From: Candidatus Latescibacterota bacterium
Lineage (GTDB): Bacteria > Latescibacterota > UBA2968 > GCA-2709665
Assembly (NCBI GenBank): GCA_963667175.2
Contig: CAXXXF010000003.1
Coordinates: 96,001 to 160,000, forward strand
Direction of reading: 5' to 3'
DNA length: 64,000 nucleotides
Position 1 is the stretch's first letter. Each line of letters opens with the position of its first letter. The notes under the pieces were generated by a model. The model saw only the letters and a program-made list of their open reading frames with translations, ran no database searches and was not told where the DNA came from. Positions 18,567-28,053 of the stretch are shown here, in pieces. A program made the translations under genes and the position numbers.

Positions 18567-19547
18567 ATGAAGCGGATACTATGCATGACACTGATGACCG
18601 TTCTCGCGGCCGGCGCACTCTGGGATACGCCCGCGGAAGCGCGGGACGTCCCCGAGATCCTGAAGTCCGAGGATTTCCGAAAACTGGGACTGGCGTCGTT
18701 TCCGTGGATGAAAGTGACCCAGTCTGCGCGCGCGGCGGGCATGGGAGATGCGTTTACAGCCGTGTCGAACGACATCAACGCGATTTTTGCCAACCCGGCC
18801 GGTCTGGTTCACCTGAAGCGGTTCGGGTACCAGCTTTCCCACACCAGGTGGCTGGTCGACACCGGATTCTACACCGGCGCGTTTGCCTACAGGACGGGTT
18901 GGGGCGTGCTGGGCGTCAGTGTCGTGAACTACGACGTGGGCGATATGCCGGTGCGGACCATATTCAACCCGGAGGGCACGGGGGAAATGGTCAAGGGCGG
19001 GGGAACGTCCGTCGGCGTGGCGTACGCGTTTCACGCAACCGACAAGCTGGGCCTGGGCATCCGGGGGGTGTATATTTCGGAAACCCTGCACACCGACAAT
19101 ATGACCTCCGTCGTTCTTGACGCCGGGACCCACTTTTATACCGGTTTTCGCAGTTCACGCATCGCCCTGGCCATGCGGAATTTCGGGCCGGATACCAAGG
19201 TACTGGCGGAAGACCAGAAATTTCTGATGCCGATGAATTTCGATATCGGCGTGGCCATGGAGCTTGTTGGCGAGATGGACGAGCCGAATTACCTGACGGT
19301 CTCGTTCGGCAGTTCCTACCAGGTCGACTACGAACAGCGATGGCAGGTCGGCGCCGAACTCTGGCTGTCAGGCGCCGTAGCCCTCCGGACCGGGTACAAG
19401 TTCAACCACGACCTGGAAACGTACAGCTTCGGCGCGGGCTTCAAGGGCAACTGGGGCGACCGGACGGTGCTGGTTGACGTCGCCTATACCAACGTCGGCG
19501 AATTGCTGGACGCGCCCATCCGGTTCAGCATCGGCGGCGCGTTCTAG
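18567..19547 (+). CDS. PorV/PorQ-like (FadL-type) outer-membrane barrel
   Basis: Own RBS (AAGGAG) and signal peptide MKRILCMTLMTVLAAG; SARAAGMGDAFTAV.ND.NAIF.NPAGL motif; C-terminal Phe. Confidence 0.85.
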   Translation: MKRILCMTLMTVLAAGALWDTPAEARDVPEILKSEDFRKLGLASFPWMKVTQSARAAGMGDAFTAVSNDINAIFANPAGLVHLKRFGYQLSHTRWLVDTGFYTGAFAYRTGWGVLGVSVVNYDVGDMPVRTIFNPEGTGEMVKGGGTSVGVAYAFHATDKLGLGIRGVYISETLHTDNMTSVVLDAGTHFYTGFRSSRIALAMRNFGPDTKVLAEDQKFLMPMNFDIGVAMELVGEMDEPNYLTVSFGSSYQVDYEQRWQVGAELWLSGAVALRTGYKFNHDLETYSFGAGFKGNWGDRTVLVDVAYTNVGELLDAPIRFSIGGAF

Positions 19548-19744
19548 TTTCGAGCGCCGGGGCGGCCCTTGTTGGGGCCACTCGACGTAAACAGCGCTAA
19601 CGGCGGCGCAGTGTGTCTCCGGCCGGGTCGGCGGGAAGGGGCATTGGCCGCCGTTTTGTTATCGACACAGGGGCCGGTAGAGAGAGGTGGGGGCGGTATG
19701 GGATCGACCGGGGGGCCATGGCATCAATCCGGCGCGAGGTGGGC

Positions 19745-20632
19745 ATGCGTGCCATCGGATTTTTTCGTTTCTGTCTGATTTGGGGGTGTGTTGCGGCTTG
19801 CGGCGGGGCGGATGAGCCGCCCACCAGCGCCGTCGAGCAAGTCGACCCGGGTGCGGACCGCCCCCTTCCCGTGGGCCTTGTGCGGCTTTTCGGCGGCGTT
19901 GAAATGGTTCGGGTGCCCGCCGGCGACTTCACCATGGGCATGGAAAGGGGGCCTGCGGACCAGCAGCCGGCCCGGCAGGTCTACCTGAGCGCCTTTTACA
20001 TTGACCGGTATGAAGCGACCAACGCCCGGTATTTCAGGTTCTGGTCGGCGCCCGAGGGCGGCAATCGGCAGCGGCATACGCCGGCCAGCCACGGGTCCAC
20101 GAACGGCATCGGAGACTGGCCCGAACGGGCGGAAACCCGGCCGAACTTTCCTGTCGTGGGGATCAACTGGTTCGACGCGGCCGCGTACTGCGCCTGGCGC
20201 GGGGCCAGGTTGCCGACCGAAGCGGAATGGGAGAAGACCGCGCGCGGCGACGAGGCGAGAGAGCCGTATCCCTGGAACAAAGGACTGAACGGGTCACGGG
20301 CGAATTACCGGGACGGCGACGACGGGTACGACAATACCCTCGCGCCGGTGGGAAACTATCCCGAGGGTGTCAGCTTTTACGGGGCGATGGACCTGGTGGG
20401 GAACGTTTGGGAGTGGTGCGCGGACTATTACGATTCGGAAACCTACAAAGTGAGCGCCGCCATCGGTCCCACGGGACCGGAGCAGGGCGAGTTCCGTGTA
20501 CTTCGGGGCGGATCCTGGCGCACCGCCGCGGGACAGGATCCGAACAAACTCAGCATTACCTACCGGAGCTGGTCGGATCCCAGGGGCGCCACGGACGGAT
20601 GGGGCGTACGGTGCGCGAGGGACGTAAACTGA
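19745..20632 (+). CDS. FGE-sulfatase (SUMF1/PvdO-like) domain lipoprotein
   Basis: Lipobox VAAC; FYIDRYEATN, RLPTEAEWEK, DLVGNVWEW, RGGSW and WGVRC. Confidence 0.88.
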   Translation: MRAIGFFRFCLIWGCVAACGGADEPPTSAVEQVDPGADRPLPVGLVRLFGGVEMVRVPAGDFTMGMERGPADQQPARQVYLSAFYIDRYEATNARYFRFWSAPEGGNRQRHTPASHGSTNGIGDWPERAETRPNFPVVGINWFDAAAYCAWRGARLPTEAEWEKTARGDEAREPYPWNKGLNGSRANYRDGDDGYDNTLAPVGNYPEGVSFYGAMDLVGNVWEWCADYYDSETYKVSAAIGPTGPEQGEFRVLRGGSWRTAAGQDPNKLSITYRSWSDPRGATDGWGVRCARDVN

Positions 20633-21492
20633 CCAGGCGCGGCTGGCGGTGGCGTCGGGCTGCCTGGGTTTTCTTCCTGTCGTGTTGCGGGTGCGAGGGC
20701 GGGTCCCTTCTGGACGACCTCCCCGACGGGGTGTTCCTCGACCGCACGCCGGCGGGGACCGTGGACACGATGCTGGCGGTAAACGCAGGCGACTTTCTGA
20801 TGGGAACGAACCGGGGATTCGACCCCGAGGGCCCCGCGCACGTCGTCTACCTCAGTGCGTTTTACATTGACAAATACGAGGTGACCAACGCTCAATTCCG
20901 TGCGTACGCGCGCGCTGCCGGGGTGTCATTGCCGCCGGAAAATCTGAATCCGCTATTTTCGGATGACCGCCAGCCGGTTGTGGGCGTGACGTGGACGGAA
21001 GCGGGGGCCTACTGCAGGTGGCGCGGCGGACGCCTGCCCACGGAGGCGCAGTGGGAAAAGGCGGCCCGGGGGACCGACGGACGCACGTACCCGTGGGGTG
21101 AAGAAGCGCCCGGTGGGGTCTACGCAATCATGGACCTGGGCGGAACGTGCGGGCGCACCAACTGGGCCAATCCTTCGGCGGGTCCGGTGTCCGGGGAGTT
21201 CTGTCATACCATGCCGGTGGGTTCCAGGCCCCGGGGCGCGAGCCCGTACGGGTTGCTGGACATGGCGGGGAACGCCTGGGAGTGGTGCAGCGACTGGTAC
21301 GACGATACTTACTACGGTCGAAGTCCCAGGGAGGATCCATCCGGACCGGCGTCCGGGACGTTCCGCGTGGTCAGGGGCAGTTCCTGGCACCACCTGCCCC
21401 ATTATCTGAAGACGTCGGCACGGTTCCGTTTTTATCCCGACCAGAGGGGCAATTTCATTGGTTTTCGCTGTGTTCGGGACGTACATCAATAG
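20611..21492 (+). CDS. FGE-sulfatase domain protein, second copy (probable lipoprotein; start uncertain)
   Basis: FYIDKYEVTN, RLPTEAQWEKAARG, DMAGNAWEW, RGSSW and IGFRC; start estimated at GTG 20611. Confidence 0.85.
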   Translation: MREGRKLTRRGWRWRRAAWVFFLSCCGCEGGSLLDDLPDGVFLDRTPAGTVDTMLAVNAGDFLMGTNRGFDPEGPAHVVYLSAFYIDKYEVTNAQFRAYARAAGVSLPPENLNPLFSDDRQPVVGVTWTEAGAYCRWRGGRLPTEAQWEKAARGTDGRTYPWGEEAPGGVYAIMDLGGTCGRTNWANPSAGPVSGEFCHTMPVGSRPRGASPYGLLDMAGNAWEWCSDWYDDTYYGRSPREDPSGPASGTFRVVRGSSWHHLPHYLKTSARFRFYPDQRGNFIGFRCVRDVHQ

Positions 21493-22633
21493 CCTGTGCA
21501 GGGGCGTTGGCGGCCGGGGGTTGTGCGTGCTCGCGGTCTTTGTGTCGACGGCGCAGCCGCTGTGCGCGAGCACCGAAAAGGCCGCCCTGGACGATAGCGT
21601 CGCGAGCAGGTTGGCCCGCGCGATCGGCGTGGCGCAGCCGGCGTTGACGGGATCGGGGGCAGGCGCGACGTGGGGCGCGTATCCCTCATTTGCCGGAGCG
21701 GCCGGGCTTATCGCCGAAAGCCGGGTTGAGAGTGAAGCGGGATGGAATCTGACCGGGCGGACGATCGACCTCTCCGTCGCGCGCCTGCGGGAGGCCCTGG
21801 CGGAAGCGCCGGATTTCGCCGCCGCACACTACCTGCTGGGCCTGATGGAGGCGCGGCGGCGCAGGTACGGGGCGGCGGTGGCCGCCTGGCGGCTGGCCGC
21901 GCGGGTGGGACCCCCCTTTTCCGTCGATTCTGTGCGGGTGCTGTTCCAGCGAGCGGTGTCCCGATCCCAGACCGCCGCGGGGCGGGTTGCCAGGGGCACG
22001 CAGTATCTGGATCGGGGGAAAGTTCGGGAGGCGCGCGCGGCCTACCGGGACGCTGTCGCAATGTTGCCGGACTACGCCGAGGCCCATGCGAACCTGGGCC
22101 TTGTCCTTATGCTCAACGGGGACCTCGACGGCGCCGTTTCCCGCCAGCTCGAAGCCATTCGGCTGAACCCCGGTCTGGCTGAGGCGTTTTATAACCTGGG
22201 GAATGCGTATTCGCGGCAGGGACGGTACGCGGAGGCGGTGCAGGCGTTCCTGGAGGCCATCCGGCTGAAGCCGGAGAGTGCGCCGCCGGATTCGGTCGTG
22301 TCGAATGTCGACGCGCATCAGGGGGCCTATACCCGCTCGGTGGCCGGGTACCAGCACGCCCGGCGCTACGCCGGGCTGGCGAACGCGCATTTCAATCTCG
22401 GCGACCACGAAGCGGCGATCGAAGCATACCGCCTCTCGGTCGTCCTCGCGCCGGACTTTGCCGACGGGCATTACAATCTGGGCATCGTCTACGAACGGAC
22501 CGGCGACGTGGCGAGCGCGATCCGCCACTGGCGGGAGTATATGAGGCTCGCCCAAAACGATCCGGCGCAGCAGGCCTGGGTTGCGGACGCCGGGACGAGG
22601 CTGAAAAGGCTGGAGAATTCGCAAAAAAAGTGA
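21458..22633 (+). CDS. Tetratricopeptide-repeat protein (true start probably slightly downstream)
   Basis: Multiple PDYAEAHANLG / AEAFYNLGNAY / ADGHYNLG TPR units. Confidence 0.85.
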   Translation: MVFAVFGTYINSLCRGVGGRGLCVLAVFVSTAQPLCASTEKAALDDSVASRLARAIGVAQPALTGSGAGATWGAYPSFAGAAGLIAESRVESEAGWNLTGRTIDLSVARLREALAEAPDFAAAHYLLGLMEARRRRYGAAVAAWRLAARVGPPFSVDSVRVLFQRAVSRSQTAAGRVARGTQYLDRGKVREARAAYRDAVAMLPDYAEAHANLGLVLMLNGDLDGAVSRQLEAIRLNPGLAEAFYNLGNAYSRQGRYAEAVQAFLEAIRLKPESAPPDSVVSNVDAHQGAYTRSVAGYQHARRYAGLANAHFNLGDHEAAIEAYRLSVVLAPDFADGHYNLGIVYERTGDVASAIRHWREYMRLAQNDPAQQAWVADAGTRLKRLENSQKK

Positions 22634-24360
22634 TACGTTCCGGTACTATATGGGTTGTTTTCGCGTTCCTGACGTGCATGAAGGGAGAGTGCCTCGCCCA
22701 GGGTGTGATCTTCAAGGACGTGACCCGGTCCGCCGGGATCCGGTTCAGGCACGACAACGGCGGTTCCGGCACGGAGTATATGCCCGAAACCATGGGGTCC
22801 GGCTGCGCGTTCTGGGACTATGACGGCGATGGGGACGCGGACATTCTCCTGATCAACTCCGCCCCGTTGGGCGGTCGCGGACCGGAACCGCCATCCACAA
22901 TGGCGCTCTACCGGAACGAGGGTGACGGGAGCTTTTCGGACGTGACGGCCCGGGCGGGACTCGAGCAGTCCATGTACGGGATGGGTTGCGCGGCAGGAGA
23001 CTACGATAACGACGGAGACAGCGACCTGTACGTGACCTGCCTGGGCGCCAACCGCCTGTTCCGGAATCAGGGAGGCGGAAGGTTCGAGGACGTCACGGCC
23101 CGGATGGGGGTGGGTGATTCGACGTGGAGCGTGTGCGCGGTCTGGCTGGACTACGATCGGGATGCCGACCTGGACCTGTTCGTGGGAAACTACCTGCAGT
23201 GGACCCCCGAAAGGGACGATTGGCTTTCGGAGCGTTCCAATGCGCGGTCTTACGCCCCGCAGCTGTACGATCCCGAGTTCTCCCGGCTCTACCGCAACGA
23301 CGGAGACCGTTTTGAGGACGTCACGAAGGCGTCCGGAATCGGCGAAAAACCGGGAAAGGGCATGTCCGCCGTCGCCCTGGATTACAACGGGGATGGATGG
23401 CCCGACGTCCTGATGTCCAACGACACGATGCCGGACTATCTGTTCCGAAACAACGGGGACGGCACGTTTACGGAGGACGGGCTTCTGGCAGGCGTGGCGT
23501 ACAGCGCCGCCGGAGAGGCGAAGTCGGGGATGGGGGTCGCCGCCGGAGACCTGCGTAATACCGGCCGGGAGGACGTGGCCATCGGCAATTTCGCCTTCGA
23601 GATGATCTCGCTGTTCCGGAACCAGGACGGGGCGTATTTCACGGACAGCACTCTGCCTTCCGGCGTAGGACACCCGAGCGCGCCGTTCGTCACCTTCGGG
23701 GTCTTCTTCTTCGACTACGATCTGGACGGCCACCTGGATCTCTTCGCGGCAAACGGGCACGTGGACAGCCGGATCCACGACGTCAAATCGCATCTCAGCC
23801 ATGCCCAGCGCCCGTTGCTCTACAGGAACACAGGCGGCGGCAGTTTCGTGGAAGTGGGGGGGACAAGCGGCGATCTGGACGATCCGATGGTGGGGCGCGG
23901 CGCCGCGTTTGCCGACTACGACGGCGACGGCGATCCGGACGTGCTCGTGTCCGCCAACAACGGCCGTCCCGCGCTCCTGCGCAACGAAGGCGGTGATGGC
24001 AACCGCAGCTTGAGGATCAGGCTGGTCGGCGGCGCGCCCGCGAGCACCCGGATCCGGAAGCCGGTCCGGGAACCGGCCTGGTCCAACCGGGACGGGATCG
24101 GCGCGACCGTGCGCGTAAGGTCGACGGGCTCCGTGCAGACACGGTACCTGAGGGCGGGGTCCAGCTATTGTTCGCAAAGTGAGCGGATATTGACGTTCGG
24201 GCTGGCGGTCGCGGGATCCGCCGAGGAAGTCGAGGTGGTCTGGCCTTCCGGTCGCAGGGATCGAATCAACAACGTTTCAGCCGGGCAGACGGTGACCGTT
24301 CGGGAGGGGCGGGGAATCGTTGCCAGAACGCCGCTGAAAGCCGTACCAGCGGCGGATTGA
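22630..24360 (+). CDS. CRTAC1/ASPIC-UnbV family FG-GAP repeat protein
   Basis: Repeated DYDxDGDxD motifs, NRDGIGATV, SSYCSQS..LTFGL and VVWPSG. Confidence 0.92.
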   Translation: MIRSGTIWVVFAFLTCMKGECLAQGVIFKDVTRSAGIRFRHDNGGSGTEYMPETMGSGCAFWDYDGDGDADILLINSAPLGGRGPEPPSTMALYRNEGDGSFSDVTARAGLEQSMYGMGCAAGDYDNDGDSDLYVTCLGANRLFRNQGGGRFEDVTARMGVGDSTWSVCAVWLDYDRDADLDLFVGNYLQWTPERDDWLSERSNARSYAPQLYDPEFSRLYRNDGDRFEDVTKASGIGEKPGKGMSAVALDYNGDGWPDVLMSNDTMPDYLFRNNGDGTFTEDGLLAGVAYSAAGEAKSGMGVAAGDLRNTGREDVAIGNFAFEMISLFRNQDGAYFTDSTLPSGVGHPSAPFVTFGVFFFDYDLDGHLDLFAANGHVDSRIHDVKSHLSHAQRPLLYRNTGGGSFVEVGGTSGDLDDPMVGRGAAFADYDGDGDPDVLVSANNGRPALLRNEGGDGNRSLRIRLVGGAPASTRIRKPVREPAWSNRDGIGATVRVRSTGSVQTRYLRAGSSYCSQSERILTFGLAVAGSAEEVEVVWPSGRRDRINNVSAGQTVTVREGRGIVARTPLKAVPAAD

Positions 24361-24376
24361 GAAAAAGGGGCACACC

Positions 24377-26848
24377 ATGGACACCGGCCATCGCATTTCG
24401 CAGGCTGCGTTTCGGCGACTGTTTTTCCCGGTGCTGCTGACTGGATTGAGTGTATCGCCGGCGGCGGGCGCGCTATCGGCGCGAGACTCGCTGTTCGCCG
24501 TCGCGGATCGCCAGACGGAAGACCGCCAACACGGCGAGGCCGTGGGCACGTTGTCCCGGCTTGCCAAATCCTTCCCTGATGATGGGCATATCCTCACGCG
24601 CCTGGGGTACGCGCAACTCAGGATTCAGGAATTCGAGGCGGCCAAAGGTTCATTTCAGTCGGCCCTGAAGCTGGATGAGGACCATGCGGCAGCCCACGCG
24701 GGACTCGCGCTTGCCTACGCGGAGATTCCCGCCAGGGGGATCAGCGCCCTCCATAACTTCCGCCGGGCGGTCGGCGCCGCAAAGAAGGCCATCGAACTGG
24801 ATCCCGACCATGCGGCGGCTTACAGGGCGTTGGGAGAGGCGCATGCCCGTTTCAAAGAGGACCACGAGAAGGCGCTCGGGTATTTCGAGACCTACCTGGA
24901 AAAGGAGCCGGACGATCCGGACGGCCTGTATTATTTCGGCCTGGTATGCATAGAGGCCGAAGCCTACGACAAGATCTCCGCCTACGTCATACCCCACGTT
25001 GAGGCGCTGGACGAGGAGACCCGTCTGCTGCCGATTGTCGCGCAGGGATACTTCTTCGAGGAAAAGTACGAAGAAGCACAGAAGTACTTCGGACGTTTTC
25101 TCGAGCGTTTGAGCGAGGAAGAACGAGCTCTATACGCGGATATCGCGTATGCCGCTTCTTCCGAGGAACTTCGGGAATACGCGGCGTTGACTGGAGAATC
25201 GGACCGACAGGCCTACGTCGAGCGGTTCTGGCTCCGGCGCGACCCCGATATGATGACCCGCGTCAATGAACGCGTCGTGGAACATTACCGGAGAGTCTGG
25301 TACGCGCGCGCCTTCTTCGCGGAAAAAGTCTCTCCCTGGGACAAGCGGGGCGAGGTCTACATCCGATACGGGAAGCCGGACTACCGGTCGCGTTCCTATC
25401 AGCGCGATCTGACGCAGACGCCGGACGTGGAGGCGGTCCGCATGCGCATGGCGGCCAGTCTCTACGGCGCCGAGGCTTCCTTTATGACGTTTACCGGTCC
25501 GGTGTTTCCGATCCGGGCGTTTCGCCATCCCATCACCCGGCGAACGCTCGACGAGATGCACGGGTTCGGTTTCGCCGATCAGCGCGACGCCACTTTTCAG
25601 GAGGACGACTTCAGGACAAATACGGATGCCGCGGATGAAGAGGAGTTTCAGGAACGCGACCTGGAAGGAACCCCGTTGACCGCGCCGCTTACCCGGAGTG
25701 ACTACGACGACCAGGACGGTGCAAGGTTCGACGAGTTCGGAAACCAGATCGCCCGGATCAAATTCGGCGACTACATTCCCGTGACGATTCACACCGATAT
25801 GGCCACTGTACCATGGGAAACCTGGATCTATACCCAGGTCCAGGGGGGTATCGAGATTGTGTTTACGGACGAGAATAAGAGCGGCGTGTTCAATTTCGCC
25901 CCGATTCCCCCCGTGACCGCCCTGGAAAGACAGCTCGTCAACGTAACCCGCCTGGTCAAATACGCGCCGGAGATCATCTACCAGAATGCCAGGAACGAAA
26001 CGCCCGACTATTACCGGCCGGGCGTCCATGGACCCGCGCTGAACTTCTATTACGATCTCGCCAACTTCCAGGGGTCCGACGGGGAGACAAACGTCGAAGT
26101 CTACTATGGCATTCCACCCGAACAGGTGCAGATTGCCCAGCAGGCGGATTCCGCGCAGGTCCGGGTCCAGTGCGCGATGGCCCTGGCCGACGCCGCGCAC
26201 ACGACGATCTATCGGGACACACGGGAATTCAACTATGAAGGACGGGCGGACTTCGACAGGGTCAGAGGCGCGTTTCTACCCGAAATGCTCAAGACCGGCG
26301 TGCCGCCCGGAAAATACGAACTCCAGGTGCAGATCAAGGACCTGGCATCGGGACACACCGGGCTCTACAAGCAGGCTGTCGAGGTGCCCGACTATCACGT
26401 CGAGAAGCTCAAGATCAGCGATATCCTGCTGGCTTCGGATATCCGCGAAACGGATTCGGCGGGCAGGTTCAAGAAGGGCGATATCCGGGTCGTCCCGATG
26501 CCCACGAGGAATTACAGGGAAGCGCAGAAGGTATACGCCTACTACGAAATCTACAACCTCAAGAAAAATCGTTTCGGGCAAACCGATTACGAGGTGAAAT
26601 ACGTCGTCCGAAACGTGGTCGGGCGGTCGGAAGGCGTCGTTGGCGCCATAACGTCGCTTTTCAAGCGCAGGAAGACGCAGGTGTCGGTTGCTTACGACCA
26701 CGCGGGTACCGCAACCACCGAACAGCAGTACTTTGAAATCGACCTGGACAAAGCCAAACCCGGCGTGCAGGTCCTGGAGGTGAAGATCGAGGACAGGGTC
26801 AGCGGCAAGAGCGACTCCCGCGAGATTCAGTTCCGCTACGGAATCTGA
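24377..26848 (+). CDS. TPR + GWxTD-domain protein
   Basis: N-terminal TPRs; FWLRRDPD...NE...EHYRRV.YA...PWDKRGEVYIRYGKPD; WETWIY. Confidence 0.82.
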   Translation: MDTGHRISQAAFRRLFFPVLLTGLSVSPAAGALSARDSLFAVADRQTEDRQHGEAVGTLSRLAKSFPDDGHILTRLGYAQLRIQEFEAAKGSFQSALKLDEDHAAAHAGLALAYAEIPARGISALHNFRRAVGAAKKAIELDPDHAAAYRALGEAHARFKEDHEKALGYFETYLEKEPDDPDGLYYFGLVCIEAEAYDKISAYVIPHVEALDEETRLLPIVAQGYFFEEKYEEAQKYFGRFLERLSEEERALYADIAYAASSEELREYAALTGESDRQAYVERFWLRRDPDMMTRVNERVVEHYRRVWYARAFFAEKVSPWDKRGEVYIRYGKPDYRSRSYQRDLTQTPDVEAVRMRMAASLYGAEASFMTFTGPVFPIRAFRHPITRRTLDEMHGFGFADQRDATFQEDDFRTNTDAADEEEFQERDLEGTPLTAPLTRSDYDDQDGARFDEFGNQIARIKFGDYIPVTIHTDMATVPWETWIYTQVQGGIEIVFTDENKSGVFNFAPIPPVTALERQLVNVTRLVKYAPEIIYQNARNETPDYYRPGVHGPALNFYYDLANFQGSDGETNVEVYYGIPPEQVQIAQQADSAQVRVQCAMALADAAHTTIYRDTREFNYEGRADFDRVRGAFLPEMLKTGVPPGKYELQVQIKDLASGHTGLYKQAVEVPDYHVEKLKISDILLASDIRETDSAGRFKKGDIRVVPMPTRNYREAQKVYAYYEIYNLKKNRFGQTDYEVKYVVRNVVGRSEGVVGAITSLFKRRKTQVSVAYDHAGTATTEQQYFEIDLDKAKPGVQVLEVKIEDRVSGKSDSREIQFRYGI

Positions 26849-26873
26849 GTCGACGGTCTGTTTAAGAGGAACC

Positions 26874-26905
26874 CAAGTAGGGCGCGGTACACTGCGCCCT
26901 ACTTG
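26874..26905. repeat. GTAG-type REP hairpin / possible terminator
   Basis: CAAGTAGGGCGCGG-TACA-CTGCGCCCTACTTG near-perfect 14-bp stem. Confidence 0.6.
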
Positions 26906-27010
26906 CGTCTGCGCACCCTTCCGGGGTTACAGAAGGGTACCCGGCACCACGGCTTTTGCAATTGTCTCTCAGGCACCCGGGCATCATCGACAACAGGGAG
27001 GAAACGCGAA

Positions 27011-27991
27011 ATGTCGGAACTTCGCGCGGGACTGATCGGTTGCGGAGCGATCGGCGGCGTACATAGTGAGGCGGTTTCCGGTCTGGACGGCATACGCATG
27101 GCCGCGTTTTGCGACGTGTTCGAAGAGAAGGCGTGTACCCTGTGCGCGCGCTACGGCGGGGACTACGCCACCGACGACGCCGGCCGCATCCTGTCGGACG
27201 ACGCGCTGGATACCGTCTATATATGCACCCACCACGACACCCATGCAGACTACTGTATCCGGGCGGCGGAAGCAGGAAAGAACGTACTGGTGGAGAAGCC
27301 CCTCGCGCTGACGGTCGAGGACTGCCGGAGGATCGGCGATGCGGTCGTGCGGGAGGGGATTCGGCTCTTTACTGCCTTCAAGATGCGGTACTATCCGATG
27401 ATACAGAAGGCACGGGAACTGATTCCGGAGCCGCTGATGGTGGTGATGCAGATGATGGACAACCGATGGGGAGATACGTGGGCCAACGATCCCGTTCTCG
27501 GGGGCGGCAACGTGTACAGCCAGGGATGTCATTCCTGCGACCTCCTCAGGTACGTGGCCGGTTCGGACCCGGAGGAAGTCTATGCGGCGGGCGGGAACTA
27601 CTACCAGCCGAACGGCAGGCTGGACAATCTGACCGCCACGTTCCGGTTCGAAAACGGGGCGGCCGGATGCTGGATCCAGGGAGACGCCAATCGACCGGAG
27701 ATGACCAGCAAGCTTTTCATGGAGATTTTCGCCGAAAACCGTTCCGTGCTGCTGACGGACCGGTTCTGCACGCTGACGTATTCGGAGACCGGGAAGGCCC
27801 CGGTAGTCTTCCACGGCGAAGAGGGCGGATTCGTCGAGGAGAACCGGCTGTTCGTGGAGGCGCTGCGAACCGGCGCGCCCATGGCCGCGGACCACGTGGA
27901 CGGGCTGATGGCCACGCTGATGATGATCCAGGCCGGACGCAGCGTCGAGAGCAGGCGGCCTGAGCCCGTCGCGTCGCTCGCAAGGGGTTGA
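27011..27991 (+). CDS. Gfo/Idh/MocA family NAD(P)-dependent oxidoreductase
   Basis: GLIGCGAIG Rossmann motif, VLVEKP and GGGNVYSQGCHSCD. Confidence 0.92.
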   Translation: MSELRAGLIGCGAIGGVHSEAVSGLDGIRMAAFCDVFEEKACTLCARYGGDYATDDAGRILSDDALDTVYICTHHDTHADYCIRAAEAGKNVLVEKPLALTVEDCRRIGDAVVREGIRLFTAFKMRYYPMIQKARELIPEPLMVVMQMMDNRWGDTWANDPVLGGGNVYSQGCHSCDLLRYVAGSDPEEVYAAGGNYYQPNGRLDNLTATFRFENGAAGCWIQGDANRPEMTSKLFMEIFAENRSVLLTDRFCTLTYSETGKAPVVFHGEEGGFVEENRLFVEALRTGAPMAADHVDGLMATLMMIQAGRSVESRRPEPVASLARG

Positions 27992-28053
27992 GGCGGCCGC
28001 ACGGTACACGGGCTTTCTCGCCATCATCACTGAAATCATCGGGAGGGAACGCC

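Noticed and set aside
16095-19547. 1150-aa fusion ORF in the track
   Set aside because: The junction peptide is nonsense; a one-base repair restores a typical CTD ending, and the second half has its own RBS and signal peptide
19745-21492. FGE/CLec domains as DGR target proteins
   Set aside because: No reverse transcriptase and no template repeat differing at adenines was seen in the window
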